Notes: generated by a model not told the origin, from the letters alone. DNA of 64,000 bases from Dehalococcoidia bacterium (GCA_965247775.1 OZ252031.1:552125-616124), one strand, 5' to 3'. Counted from the stretch's first letter, positions 10,598 through 20,353 are shown. Numbers and translations: made by a program.

Positions 10598-10726
10598 AGA
10601 CTCCGTCGCCACCGTCGGGCGAGCGGGAGTCGCGGCATCATCGCGGCGGGCGCCCTCTGGCCACGCCCCGGCGCGCTCGCGCCGCTCCGCCTTGCAGTCG
10701 TGTGATAGAGCCGGAGGGAGCCAGCC

Positions 10727-11449
10727 ATCGCTGCGAAGGGCCTTTCCCAGATCCGCGCGCTCACATTCGATGTCTTCGGCACCGTCGTCGACTGGCGGGG
10801 CTCCGTGCTGCGGCAGTGTCAGGCCGTCGGTCGCGAGTATGGCATCCAGACCGACTGGGACTCCTTCGTCGACTCCTGGCGCTACGACGGCTACATCGCC
10901 GGCATCGGCAAGGTCATCCGGGGCGAGCTTCCCTTCCAGACCGCGGACGAACTCCATCACCGCCATCTCCTGCTCCTCCTCGAGGAGCGCGACATTGATC
11001 TCCCCTCCGACGTCATCGGCGAACTCAATCGCGCTTGGCACCGGCTGGACCCCTGGCCGGACAGCCGCGCAGGCCTCGACCGCCTCCGCGCTCGCTACGT
11101 GGTCTCCACCCTCTCCAACGGAAACACCGCGCTCCTGGTCGCGATGGCCCGCCACGCCGGTGTCACCTGGGACTGCGTGCTCAGCGCCGAGACGACCGGC
11201 GCGTTCAAGCCGCAGCCCGACTGCTACACGCGCGCAGCGGAACTGCTCGGCTGCGAGCCGCAGCAGGTGATGATGGTCGCCTGCCACCAGAATGACCTGC
11301 AGGCCGCCCAGTCCGTCGGGCTGCGGGCGGCCTTCGTCACCCGCCCGGACGAGGCCGGCCCCCAGCACCCGGCCGACCTGACGCCGGACCCTCGCTTCGA
11401 CATCGTGGCTCAGGACTTCGGCGACCTCGCCGACCAACTCGGATGTTGA
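10727..11449 (+). CDS. Haloacid dehalogenase type II (HAD superfamily); start codon uncertain, probably non-canonical
   Basis: The ORF track starts at GTG 10805. The HAD nucleophile motif FDVFGTVVDW lies upstream in the same frame, after the stop at 10706..10708. The only candidate is ATC 10727, 6 nt after GGAGGGAG. The C-terminal part has LSNGN, KPQP and the HAD-II pattern. Confidence 0.7.
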   Translation: MAAKGLSQIRALTFDVFGTVVDWRGSVLRQCQAVGREYGIQTDWDSFVDSWRYDGYIAGIGKVIRGELPFQTADELHHRHLLLLLEERDIDLPSDVIGELNRAWHRLDPWPDSRAGLDRLRARYVVSTLSNGNTALLVAMARHAGVTWDCVLSAETTGAFKPQPDCYTRAAELLGCEPQQVMMVACHQNDLQAAQSVGLRAAFVTRPDEAGPQHPADLTPDPRFDIVAQDFGDLADQLGC

Positions 11450-11559
11450 GGGCAGCGGACGGGGAGCGTCCGCTGGTCCTCGGGCCTAGCGAGCGGACTG
11501 GCCTCGCCGCCCATCGAAGCCTCATGCGTGTCGGGGGACGAGAGGCGGCGGACGCGCAC

Positions 11560-11820
11560 ATGAGTGACGCGCGGACTGACCAGATCACCGTATACGTCTC
11601 GCTGTTCGCGGATCTGCGCCGGTTTGCCCCGTCCAACTCCCCCGGCCGACAGGAAATCCGCCTGCGACACCACGCCACGGTGGCGGACCTCCGCGCCGCC
11701 CTGGCGATCCCGCCCGGGGCGGAAATCACCGCCGGTCTGAACGGTGAGCAAGCCCAGTTCAATACAGTCCTCCGGCACGGCGATCACGTCATGCTGTTCA
11801 ACGCCCTGTCCGGAGGCTAA
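11560..11820 (+). CDS. MoaD/ThiS-family ubiquitin-like sulfur-carrier protein
   Basis: Internal ATG 11560 of ORF 11443..11820 gives 86 aa ending in the diglycine ...LFNALSGG. Confidence 0.6.
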   Translation: MSDARTDQITVYVSLFADLRRFAPSNSPGRQEIRLRHHATVADLRAALAIPPGAEITAGLNGEQAQFNTVLRHGDHVMLFNALSGG

Positions 11821-11859
11821 GGGGGAGCGCTTCCCTCCCTTGCCCTCGCGCGACCAGCC

Positions 11860-12179
11860 GCAGCGGCCGCTGGCGACTTCATCCCGGACGGTATTCAGCT
11901 TGCGCTGATCGTGCTCCTCGGAGGGCGCTGCCGCTGCTAGGACCACTCGTCGGCACCGGCGCCGTGACGTTTCTTCCTGAGCTGCCCTTCATCGACAATC
12001 CCAACCTGGTCCAGATCGTCTACGGTGTCGCCCTGATCACTATCATTCTCCTGCTGCCCGCCGGCATCGTTGGCGGTATCGCCAAGGGCTACGGAGGAGT
12101 CAAGCGCTTCCTCAAAGGCCACTGGGGCGCTACCTCCGTGCTTAAAAGGAGACATAACAAGTGTCCTCGCGCGAACTGA
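11860..12179 (+). pseudogene. C-terminal remnant of a LivM-type branched-chain amino acid ABC permease, frameshifted
   Basis: FIPDGIQLALIVLLGG in one frame continues as ALPLLGPLVGTGAVTFLPELPFIDNPNLVQIVYGVALITIILLLPAGIVG in another (ORF 11964..12179). The N-terminal approx. 250 aa of a normal LivM are absent. Confidence 0.5.
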
Positions 12180-12381
12180 CCTCCCCGCACCGAGTGGGTG
12201 AACGTCCGCCTGTGACCTGGGCGCGGCCGCGCGGAGGCGGTGCCTGCTAAACGCGCCCCCCACCCGCTCCCCCCTCGGGGTGCTCCGCGCCGCAGCGGGG
12301 GGGCGGCGAACGTCACTGGCAACATCATTTGGAGCGGATGACGGCACAGATCCGGGCCGCGCCGACGGAAAGGGATTTTTG

Positions 12382-13767
12382 ATGCTGGAGTTGGCGGTAT
12401 TCCAGAACGGGGCGGCGGACCTGCCGGGCGTCGACGTACACGGCACGCGGGCCAACGCGGGCTCGCTCGCCGAGACCAGTGAGAGCTTCCAGCGGATCCT
12501 CATCAACCAAGTCCGCCAGGGCATCCTCGCCGACGATCTGGGCTTCAACTACTACTTCATGACCGAGCACCACATGCAGCCCGAAGGCGCGGAGTTCAGT
12601 CCCAACCCCCTGCTCGCGGAGACGGCGATCGCGGCCCGCACCAAGCGCATCCGCCTGGGCCAGATGGCCAACATCCTCACCTGGCACCACCCGATCCGCC
12701 TCGCCGAGCAGGCCGCCATGCTCGACGTCATCAGCGGAGGCCGCGTCGAATTCGGCGCCGGCCGCGGCTACCAGTCCCGCGAGACCGAGGTCCTGGGTGG
12801 ACCCATGGGCGCCACGGTCCAGGACCAGGAGCGCAACCGTGCCTTCTTCCAGGACTGCTACGAGATCATCATGAAGGCCTGGACGCAGCCCTCCTTCAGC
12901 CACAACGGAGAGTTCTTCCACCTCCCGCCCAGCTATACCAAGTGGAACAACCCCTCCACTATCGCCTACTTCCAGCAGGACAACGTCGAACGCAATGTCG
13001 ACGATATCCTCGACGTCGGTCCCCCTGACATGTACTCCGCCGGCCCGCCCGTCTATGCCACCACCACCACCCTCAAAGAGATCAGCGTCTACCCACAGCC
13101 GCTCCAGAAGCCGCACCCGCCCATCTGGCAGCCCGTCACTAGCCCTCGCTCCATCCAGTGGGCCGCCGAGAACGGCGTCAATTGCTACACCATCCCCGAA
13201 CCCAACTCTCGCCTCAAGGCCAACGTCGAGCTGTACTACGAGCATCTCGAGAAGAACAACTGGCCCGATCGCCTCAACCGTCCGGGACCGTTCAAGTTCG
13301 GCTACGACGCCGGTGTCAAGCGTGGCTTTACCCCCGCCCGCTACGTCCACATCCTGCCCGCCGGCAAAGAGAAGGAAGATCTCCAGCGATACAAGGACGG
13401 CATGGAAGTCGCGTGGCCCTACCTGGGTGCCTTCGGGTTCGCCGCCATCATCTCCGAGATCGATGACCCGCCCCTGCCCCCGGATTTCGTGGTCTCCGCC
13501 GACCATGCGATCGAGAAGGGCCTGGCCATCGTCGGCACCGCCGACCACGTCGTTGAGCAGATCATGAAGATCAAAGAGTCCGTTGGCTACGAGGACTTCT
13601 TGTTCACCGGCTGGTTCGAAATGGGTGGCTACCGCGGCGAGGAGGTCGAAGAACAGATGCAGATGTTCGCCGACCAGTGCATTCCCCAGCTGGCAGACGC
13701 CTGCGGTGGCCTTGCCGAGAACCCGGATGTCGCGCCCGAGTTCGAGAGGACGGCGGTCGGTACCTAA
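12382..13767 (+). CDS. LLM-class flavin-dependent oxidoreductase
   Basis: ORF track 12280..13767. ATG 12382 (MLELAVFQ) follows GGAAAGGGA. Carries YYFMTEHH, RIRLGQMANILTWHHP and SGGRVEFGAGRGY. Confidence 0.75.
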   Translation: MLELAVFQNGAADLPGVDVHGTRANAGSLAETSESFQRILINQVRQGILADDLGFNYYFMTEHHMQPEGAEFSPNPLLAETAIAARTKRIRLGQMANILTWHHPIRLAEQAAMLDVISGGRVEFGAGRGYQSRETEVLGGPMGATVQDQERNRAFFQDCYEIIMKAWTQPSFSHNGEFFHLPPSYTKWNNPSTIAYFQQDNVERNVDDILDVGPPDMYSAGPPVYATTTTLKEISVYPQPLQKPHPPIWQPVTSPRSIQWAAENGVNCYTIPEPNSRLKANVELYYEHLEKNNWPDRLNRPGPFKFGYDAGVKRGFTPARYVHILPAGKEKEDLQRYKDGMEVAWPYLGAFGFAAIISEIDDPPLPPDFVVSADHAIEKGLAIVGTADHVVEQIMKIKESVGYEDFLFTGWFEMGGYRGEEVEEQMQMFADQCIPQLADACGGLAENPDVAPEFERTAVGT

Positions 13768-13838
13768 GCGCGGTTGGCGCCCGGAGAGAACTGAGCGTCC
13801 GTTTCGATCCACGCGCGCATGAACCGGAAGTAGGGACT

Positions 13839-14675
13839 ATGGGGATAACACTGCAGGGCCTCAACCTTGGCTACATGAGCATGGACTACGGCCTGCTTGG
13901 CTACCCCAATCCCAGCGACTTGCTCATGCCCAGCCGCCGCGAGGCAGCGCGTCGCTGGTACCGCTGCCCGTCGATGGCCTACATCATCGAGCACCCCGCC
14001 GGCCGCATCCTCTACGACACCGGTATCTCCACCAACTTCGCCGAGGACTGGCTGCCCGAATGGCAGGGGCTCATCGACCTCAGCGAGATCAACGAGGACA
14101 TCCTGCTCGAAAGCGCACTCAAGAAGCGAGGGCTCGGGCCGGACGACTTCCGCTACGTCATCTTGAGCCACTGCCACGCGGACCACGCCGGCGGCGTCCG
14201 CATCTTCCAGGATGCCGGCGCGGAGGTCATCGTCCACGAGGACGAGCATCGGGCCGTGACTAAGGTCTGGAAGGCGGACAACTTCTTCGTCCGCAACGAC
14301 TGGAACTTCCTCTCCCAAAAGAGCCTCAACCTCATGTACGGCGACCAGGAGATCCTCCCCGATCTCTGGACCGTCAGTCTGCCGGGCCACACCGCAGGAT
14401 CCATGGGCGTGCTGATCCGCCTCGACAGCACCGGCTGGGCCCTCCTCGCCGGCGATGCCGTGGCAACGCATGAGTCCTACGGACCACCCTCCCTCCCGAA
14501 CTTCGTCAACTGGAGTAATGAATCCGCCGCGGCCTCCTGCCAAAAGATCGAGGGCTTCGCAAGCGAACTCGACGCGTTCATCTTCCCGGGCCACGACGAA
14601 TCCGGCATCAAGTATGAAAATGGGAACCTCGCGATCAAGCAGATTGAGTTCCTCCCAGGGCACACCTACGAGTAG
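13839..14675 (+). CDS. MBL-fold metallo-hydrolase (lactonase-like)
   Basis: ATG 13839 within ORF 13677..14675. Metal-binding motif LSHCHADHAGG, later LPGHTAGS and FPGHD. Confidence 0.75.
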   Translation: MGITLQGLNLGYMSMDYGLLGYPNPSDLLMPSRREAARRWYRCPSMAYIIEHPAGRILYDTGISTNFAEDWLPEWQGLIDLSEINEDILLESALKKRGLGPDDFRYVILSHCHADHAGGVRIFQDAGAEVIVHEDEHRAVTKVWKADNFFVRNDWNFLSQKSLNLMYGDQEILPDLWTVSLPGHTAGSMGVLIRLDSTGWALLAGDAVATHESYGPPSLPNFVNWSNESAAASCQKIEGFASELDAFIFPGHDESGIKYENGNLAIKQIEFLPGHTYE

Positions 14676-14836
14676 CGATGCAGGACGTGCGGGCACGGCG
14701 TGGTCGCGGCGCCGAACCCCCAGCGACTGCCTGCGGGTTCGCGGAACACCGGGGTCCTGGGGGGCCGCCAAACGGGCTCGCCGCCGCGCGCGCCGCGCCG
14801 CCTAGGCACGGTCCCAGAACGGCTCGAGAGGCGCAC

Positions 14837-15631
14837 ATGCCAAGATCATTGACCGATGCGCAGGTCCAGGCCGCTACGGACTTCCTGATCACGGCCCGTC
14901 AAAAATCGGAGCCATTCGAATCCATTCCCGAGGATTGTCGGCCCGACACCATCGACGATGCCACACGCGTCTCGGAGCAGCTTGCCGAAGTGCTGAGCCG
15001 GCGTCCGGTGGGCTGGAAGGCCGGCTACTCCAGTCCCGAACAACTCCGGACCCTGCCCACGGGTGCGCCGCCCAGCAGCCCCCCCTATGCCGGCATGCTG
15101 CAGGACAGCCCGGCCCAGCTCAGCACGGCGGTTTACCGGACCTGCATGATCGAAGCCGAAGTCGCATTCCGCCTTGGGTGGGACCTCCCCCCGCGCGACA
15201 CGCCCTATGCCGTGGAGGAAGTGCGCGACGCGGTCGCGAGCGCGCACGCTGTCATCGAGGCCCCCAACGTCCGCTTCGCAGCAGGACGAGACATCGGTTT
15301 GCCCAGCATCATCGCCGATGGATACGCCGCCGAGACGCTCGTCATCGGGCCCGCGATCGAGGACTGGCGCGACCGAGACCTCACCGCGATCGAGATCGAA
15401 CTCCTCTTCGATGGCGGGATCGTCGCCGGGGGCCTGGAAGGCGACCAGCGATGCGACCCGCTGGGAGTCTTGCATGCCATGGCCAACGACACCTCCCGGC
15501 GGCCCGACGGGCTCCTGGCGGGTCAAGTCATTACCACCGGGCAAGCGGCGCCCGCGACACAGATCCAGCCCGGCCAGACTGCCGTTGCGCGCTTCGTCGG
15601 GATCGGCGATGTGAACGTGGCCCTCGTTTAA
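14837..15631 (+). CDS. 2-keto-4-pentenoate hydratase / hydratase-decarboxylase family protein
   Basis: ATG 14837 within ORF 14678..15631. VGWKAGYSSPEQ ... IEAEVAFRLGWDL resembles the MhpD/HpcG hydratase pattern. Confidence 0.6.
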   Translation: MPRSLTDAQVQAATDFLITARQKSEPFESIPEDCRPDTIDDATRVSEQLAEVLSRRPVGWKAGYSSPEQLRTLPTGAPPSSPPYAGMLQDSPAQLSTAVYRTCMIEAEVAFRLGWDLPPRDTPYAVEEVRDAVASAHAVIEAPNVRFAAGRDIGLPSIIADGYAAETLVIGPAIEDWRDRDLTAIEIELLFDGGIVAGGLEGDQRCDPLGVLHAMANDTSRRPDGLLAGQVITTGQAAPATQIQPGQTAVARFVGIGDVNVALV

Positions 15632-15747
15632 CCGGCCTGGACCCGATGGCTGGCCACCGCTCCGAGCAGTAAACAGACTGCATAGCGCGCGAATCGCCCT
15701 GGCGCCGTGACCGAGGCAGAATCTGAACCGCGAGGGAGGACCCTATC

Positions 15748-16236
15748 ATGAGCACCGAGTCACCTCTGCACCGGCTCCTCGGCGCGGTGTTCCCACGAGC
15801 ATTTCGGTTCGACGACGCGGATATCGCCGCTCTGAAAGCCACCCCCCTTTTTGAACATCTCGATGATCATGAGGGCAGCGTGGTCCGGCGGCACCTGGAC
15901 CGCGTCACCGTGGACGCCGGGACGGTCCTTGCCCATCAAGACGGTCGCTCCGCGCGCGAACTCCTCGTCATCGTCCGGGGCAGCGTCCGGATCGAGCGGG
16001 ATGGGCGCCTCCTCGCCCAGCTCGGCCCTGGCGGCATCATCGGCGATCTCTCCCTCTTGGACGGCAAACCGCGCACCGCCACCGCCACTGCGGACACCGA
16101 GACGGAGATCTTCATCCTCGAGCAGGAAGGCTTCTTGGAACTCCTGGATATCGACCCGGACTTTCAGCGCAAACTGATCCTTCGGTTGGTGGACCGGCTC
16201 CGCGCCACGGACGAGCTTGCTAACAGGGCCCTGTAG
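15748..16236 (+). CDS. Cyclic-nucleotide-binding domain protein
   Basis: 162 aa. LLVIVRGSVRIERDGRLLAQLGPGGIIGDLSLLDGKPRTATATA is a cNMP-binding beta-barrel signature. Confidence 0.75.
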   Translation: MSTESPLHRLLGAVFPRAFRFDDADIAALKATPLFEHLDDHEGSVVRRHLDRVTVDAGTVLAHQDGRSARELLVIVRGSVRIERDGRLLAQLGPGGIIGDLSLLDGKPRTATATADTETEIFILEQEGFLELLDIDPDFQRKLILRLVDRLRATDELANRAL

Positions 16237-16398
16237 TCACTCACAGACTCGCGCAACCCGGAGGGGCCGGCCGGGGGCCGTCGAGATCCAGATCCGGGGG
16301 CGAACGCCTACGCCGTGCTGGCGTGCTTCCCGGTGGTTGTGAGCACGCGAATATGGCAGCGCCGCACCGCCCAGGAACCTCAAGCCGTACGGAATCGC

Positions 16399-16572
16399 TC
16401 ATGCCGGCTGCCCCAAGAGGCGCAGATCCCGGGGTCGGGGCGCGGACCCGCGGTCGCCCGCCGCAAGCTCGATCGCGTCGCCGGGTACGAGGAATGGGGC
16501 TTCAATCTCCCACTCACGGCCATCGCGGAGTGCGGCCGCCCGGGCCGGGGCCAGCTGCTGTGAGGCTCCCAT
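16399..16572 (-). pseudogene. Short remnant resembling the actuator region of a P-type ATPase
   Basis: Unlisted 57-codon ORF: MGASQQLAPARAAALRDGREWEIEAPFLVPGDAIELAAGDR... The LVPGDxIxLxAGD motif is typical of P-type ATPases. No remainder of such a gene is present. Confidence 0.35.
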
Positions 16573-16844
16573 CGCTCTCCTGGCGGTCGTGCGATCTGCC
16601 CGCCCAGACTCCGCTCAGACAACGATCAGCATCCGGCGTCGGTGCCGATTCCTCTATCAGGCGGCGGGCGGAGATCTGACGGGCCGCGGCCCTGGCCCTC
16701 AGGCGTTCGCACCTGCGGCCCGGTCCACGCAAGACCCGGGCCTCGACAGCGATCTTCCGCCCCGACGGCTTGACCTGGAATCGCCCTCGCCGCGGCCGCG
16801 CCTGACGGGCGGCAACGCGAGGAAAACGATGCCAAACGGCGGCG

Positions 16845-17596
16845 CTAGGGCGCGAAGAGGATCCCGACCCCGCTTACATCCAGCAGGAAGCCCCGGGGAA
16901 TACGAATCGTTCCGCCAATTGAGAGCTGTCCCGGATCCGTGATGCCGTTGTACAGCGCGAGAGCCCCGGCCGTCGTGAAGAACCGTGCAGCGAGCGCCTC
17001 CAGCGTGTCGCCGGCGGTCACGACGTACTCCGTAACGCGCGGCCACGCGCCGAGCGCAGCGGCCGGGGGCACGGCTGGCAGGGCGACTGACGCACTGTAG
17101 CCGACGGGGATGACGAGCACCTCCCAGGCGAAGAGCTGCGCGGTGTCGGTGAGCTGGTTCAGCCCCTGGATAGCGGACGGCGTGGTTCCGAAGGCTGCCG
17201 CGATGACGGGCAGGGTCTCGCCGGGCGGGACGACGTGGCGGAAGCGATCGGTCCAGCCGCTGAGAAGTGGGGGGAGTCGATAGCCCAGAAACGGTTCAAC
17301 CAGTAGCCGGGTGGGTGGGTGCCGGCCGCGATTGCTGTCGGCTCCGCCGACGCGTTCGCGCCGTCGGACAGCTCGCGCCCCAACAGCGGGAATCCCGGCC
17401 CTGGACCGTCAACCAAGGACACCTCGGCGGGGACGCCCGCCAGAGTGGGGACGGTCGCGTCCGGAGCCGCGGCGATGCTCCGCGCGGGAACCTCTCCTGC
17501 TGGTTCCGGCGGCGCGATCTGCGCCACCGGGGCCGCGGTGACCGCACTCACGCCGGGAAACACGAACTGCTCCGCCCGTCCTCGCGAACGGTCCAC
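16845..17596 (-). pseudogene. Protein with two C-terminal LysM domains; reading frame apparently interrupted
   Basis: ORF 16845..17120 holds LysM-2 (YVVTAGDTLEALAARFF...GGTIRIP). The same frame continues upstream without a start through LysM-1 (HVVPPGETLPVIAAAFGTTPSAIQGLNQL). The N-terminal Pro/Ala-rich part is in the frame of ORF 17159..17827. A G6 run lies at 17269..17274. Confidence 0.45.
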
Positions 17597-17726
17597 CCGT
17601 AACCTAGCATGACGGTCACACCTCGCCACGACGGCCACGGGAACAAGGCCCCCCTGGAGCGAAGGGAACGGCGGGCGGCGGCGCCCCCGATCCGGCCGCC
17701 TCACCTCCGCCGCGCGCGCTGCCGGG

Positions 17727-18251
17727 TCACGGCGCGCCACACCCCGGCCCCGCAGCCAGCGCCGCAGCCCGACGACCCCCACCGCCCGCCAACTCGGTCC
17801 CCCCGACAGGCGCGGAGGATGCCACATCGTGGGGAGTGGGGGAGGGAAGTGCCTGCGCCGACTTCGACGACCAGATGAACCGGCTCGACAAGGTGTAGCG
17901 AATGATGAAGAGCGCGAGCAGCGTCACGAGCGTCGACGCGAGGTAATGCAGCCCGAGCCCCGACGTGAGCAGCCACAGTGTTGGCGCTCGGAGCGCATTG
18001 GACCCGTCGTTGGTGATGGCGTACAGGAAGAAGCGCCTGAGTGCCCGGCCTCGCACCCGATCCCGGAACACCCAGCGGTCAATCAGCGCGAAGTTCCAGG
18101 TCGTTGAACCCTGCGTCGCGATGATCGCCGAAACCAGATAGTGCACGCCCAGCAGTTTAGTGAACACTGCCGTCAACGCGAAATTCACGTGAAGCGGCGG
18201 AAGGAGGCGTGAGCGCCGCCGAGCGAGATCCGCGTCCGGATTGGGCTCCAT
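17727..18251 (-). CDS. GtrA-family membrane protein
   Basis: Within ORF 17727..18446. Carries WNFALIDRWVFRDR and FIIRYTLSSRFIW, the repeated GtrA motif. The start at ATG 18251 is a guess. Confidence 0.55.
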   Translation of the reverse strand: MEPNPDADLARRRSRLLPPLHVNFALTAVFTKLLGVHYLVSAIIATQGSTTWNFALIDRWVFRDRVRGRALRRFFLYAITNDGSNALRAPTLWLLTSGLGLHYLASTLVTLLALFIIRYTLSSRFIWSSKSAQALPSPTPHDVASSAPVGGTELAGGGGRRAAALAAGPGCGAP

Positions 18252-18342
18252 TCCGACGAGGCGATCTGGGAAGCGATCGATTCCCTCGGCACGGACCGGA
18301 GCGTGGCCACACGCATCGGCGTACTTCACTGCCTGGGCCGCC

Positions 18343-18394
18343 GAGCAGCGCACTCTTTTCCGAAGGTCCGTCGCGGGCGGCGTCTGACCCACCA
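18343..18394 (+). repeat. Degenerate tRNA-Lys-derived sequence (oldest att-like remnant)
   Basis: GAGCAGCGCACTCTTTTCCGAAGGTCC...CTGACCCACCA aligns with tRNA-Lys GAGCAGCGGACTTTTAATCCGAAGGTCC...CTGAGGGCCCACCA. It is followed by a degenerate copy of the spacer and an integrase remnant. Confidence 0.4.
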
Positions 18395-18507
18395 ACACAG
18401 CGCGGTCATCGCACGCATCCCGGTCGACCGACTGTTTCCTTCCCACTCTATTCCGGCGTTGATTTTCACAGGCTCAGGCGTTCATGTCCTGCCCCAAGGA
18501 GGACATC

Positions 18508-19085
18508 ATGGTGGCAGCCCGCCTACCCGAAGACCCGGAACCCGAGCCCTCGATGAGGCGATCTGGGAGTACTTGCTGGCCTGCGATATCGAAGGCAAGA
18601 GCGCAGTGCCCATCTATCAGTGCCTCAAGACTGTACAAGACACGGGCGTCTCGATCGGGACGCGGCACGGCTTTCGCGAACCCCCCGCGCTCTTTAGTTG
18701 GGTGCTGCGCATGGGCTACAGCGCCCGCCATCCCTTCGCCGGGATCCTCAACGTGCGGCTCGAGAAGATCATTCAGCCCTATACGCCGGAGGAGGTCCAG
18801 GTCCTGGTGGACGTCTGCGATTCCCCCACGGCGTTCGGCTGCCGGAACCAGGCGATCATCCTGCTCCTCATCGACACGGGGTTGCGCGTCTCAGAGCTGC
18901 TGCAACTTAGCTTGGCCGACATCCAGTGGGACGAACGACGCGTGCACATTCGCTGGGGAAAAAGGGCGCAAGCAGAGCACGGTCCCTTTAGGGGAGCGAT
19001 CCGCAGCCACCCTGCACGACTACACTGATAACTTCCCGCCGACGCCCCTGGGTGCATCTTCCTGGCGTCGCGCGGGTCGCGGGTC
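18508..19085 (+). pseudogene. Tyrosine recombinase (integrase) remnant, frameshifted, internally deleted and 3'-truncated
   Basis: LDEAIWEYLLACDIEGKS ... GVSIGTRH ... FGCRNQAIILLLIDTGLRVSELLQLSLADIQWDERRVHIRWGK parallels the integrase at 20973. It is split over two frames (ORFs 18303..19028 and 18484..19332). Confidence 0.65.
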
Positions 19086-19590
19086 CCGCTGGCGCCTTCA
19101 TCGCCGAGATCGCACGCGGCAGTATTCAAGCGCTGCCCCGCGGCCAGTCGGAGGCCGCCGTGGCTATCGGGCTCTCGGCCTATCAACGCGTGACGCTGAT
19201 CATCCTGCCACAGGCCTTGCGGATCATGATTCCGCCGCTCACCAACTAATACCTCAATCTCACCAAGAACTCGAGCCTGGCCGTGGCTATCGCTTTTCCA
19301 GAACTCGTGTTCGTCGGCACGACCATTATTAACGACATCGGCCGCGCCGTCCCCGTGTTCATCTTGATTTTGGCCACCTACCTGGTGCTCAGCCTCAGCC
19401 CTTGTCAGCCAGCTCATCTCGCTGTGGAAGGACACGACGTTTTTCTCGATTCTGAGTTTCACCGACGCCCTCGGCGGTGCTCAGGCCGCCATCGCCCAAG
19501 CTGATTTCATCGGCCGACAGAAGGAAGTGCTGCTCTTCGTCGCCTTCGGCATGTCCCGCCTCAGCCACCGATTGGAGCGGGCGCTCGGCG
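19086..19590 (+). pseudogene. Polar amino acid ABC transporter permease remnant(s)
   Basis: FIAEIARGSIQALPRGQSEAAVAIGLSAYQRVTLIILPQALRIMIPPLTN, then an in-frame TAA (19247..19249) where the family has Q. It continues YLNLTKNSSLAVAIAFPELV... A second fragment follows: [19 protein letters not shown]... Confidence 0.65.
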
Positions 19591-19611
19591 TGGGGTGCGA
19601 TAATCGACGCG

Positions 19612-20353
19612 ATGGACACCAACGACACAGCCATCATTCAGTGCGACCAAGTCGAGAAGTGGTTCGGCGATTTCCAGGCCCTCAAGGGCATCACCACCAG
19701 CGTCGCGGAAGGGGAGGGCGTCGTCATTCTGGGCCCCTCCGGCTCCGGCAAGTCCACGTTTATCCTCACCATCAATCGACTCGAGGAGCGCGACGCCAGC
19801 CACATCATTGTCGACGGCGTGGCACTCAACGACGACCTCCGCAACCTGGAGCGCATCCGCTCAGAGGTCGGCATGGTGTTTCAGTAGTTCAACCTCTTCC
19901 CGCACCTCTCCGTCCTGCGCAATGTGGCGCTCGGCCCGCAGAAGGTCCGCCACATGTCTCGACCCAAAGCGGAGGCGCTAGCCACCGAACTTCTCGACCG
20001 TGGGTATTCCCGAGCAGGCCGACAAGTTTCCCGCCCACCTCTCCGGCGGCCAGCAACAGCCGTGTCGCCATCGCCCGCGCCTTGGCCATGCGACCCAAGA
20101 TCATGCTTTTCGACGAGCCGACCAGCGCCCTGGACCCCGAGATGATCAAGGAGGTGCTGGACGTCATGCGCGAGCTGGCCGAGTCCGGCATGACGACGTT
20201 GGTCGTCACCCATGAGATGGGCTTCGCGCGCGAGGTGGTCGACCGCTTCCTCTTCTTCGACGAAGGGGAGATCGTGGAAGAGGGGCACACCCGAGCACTT
20301 TTACCAACCCACGAGAAGAGCGCACCAAGCTCTTCCTCTCGCAGATCCTCTAA
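19612..20353 (+). pseudogene. Polar amino acid ABC transporter ATP-binding protein (GlnQ-like), disrupted
   Basis: Walker [14 protein letters not shown] is followed by an in-frame TAG (19885..19887) where the consensus is Q before [24 protein letters not shown] and the C-terminal [11 protein letters not shown] lie in three different frames. Confidence 0.7.

Noticed and set aside
9650-11437. 595-aa minus-strand ORF
   Set aside because: It is antisense to the LLM and HAD genes, which carry recognisable motifs. The product is Arg/Gly/Ala/Val-rich with no motif. This is a typical shadow ORF of very GC-rich DNA.
7197-11820. AOR + MoaD/ThiS-like + LLM/HAD block as a novel system
   Set aside because: The genes are on different strands and have ordinary metabolic annotations. 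A MoaD-like gene near a pterin enzyme is common, and nothing in the sequence indicates more than a catabolic neighbourhood.
12325-13812. 495-aa minus-strand ORF mirroring the LLM gene
   Set aside because: It has exactly the same span as a plus-strand gene with clear LLM motifs. Its composition (G/V/A/D/L/R) is shadow-frame-like.
13764-14771. 335-aa minus-strand ORF
   Set aside because: It is antisense to the MBL hydrolase gene, which carries the HCHADH metal motif.
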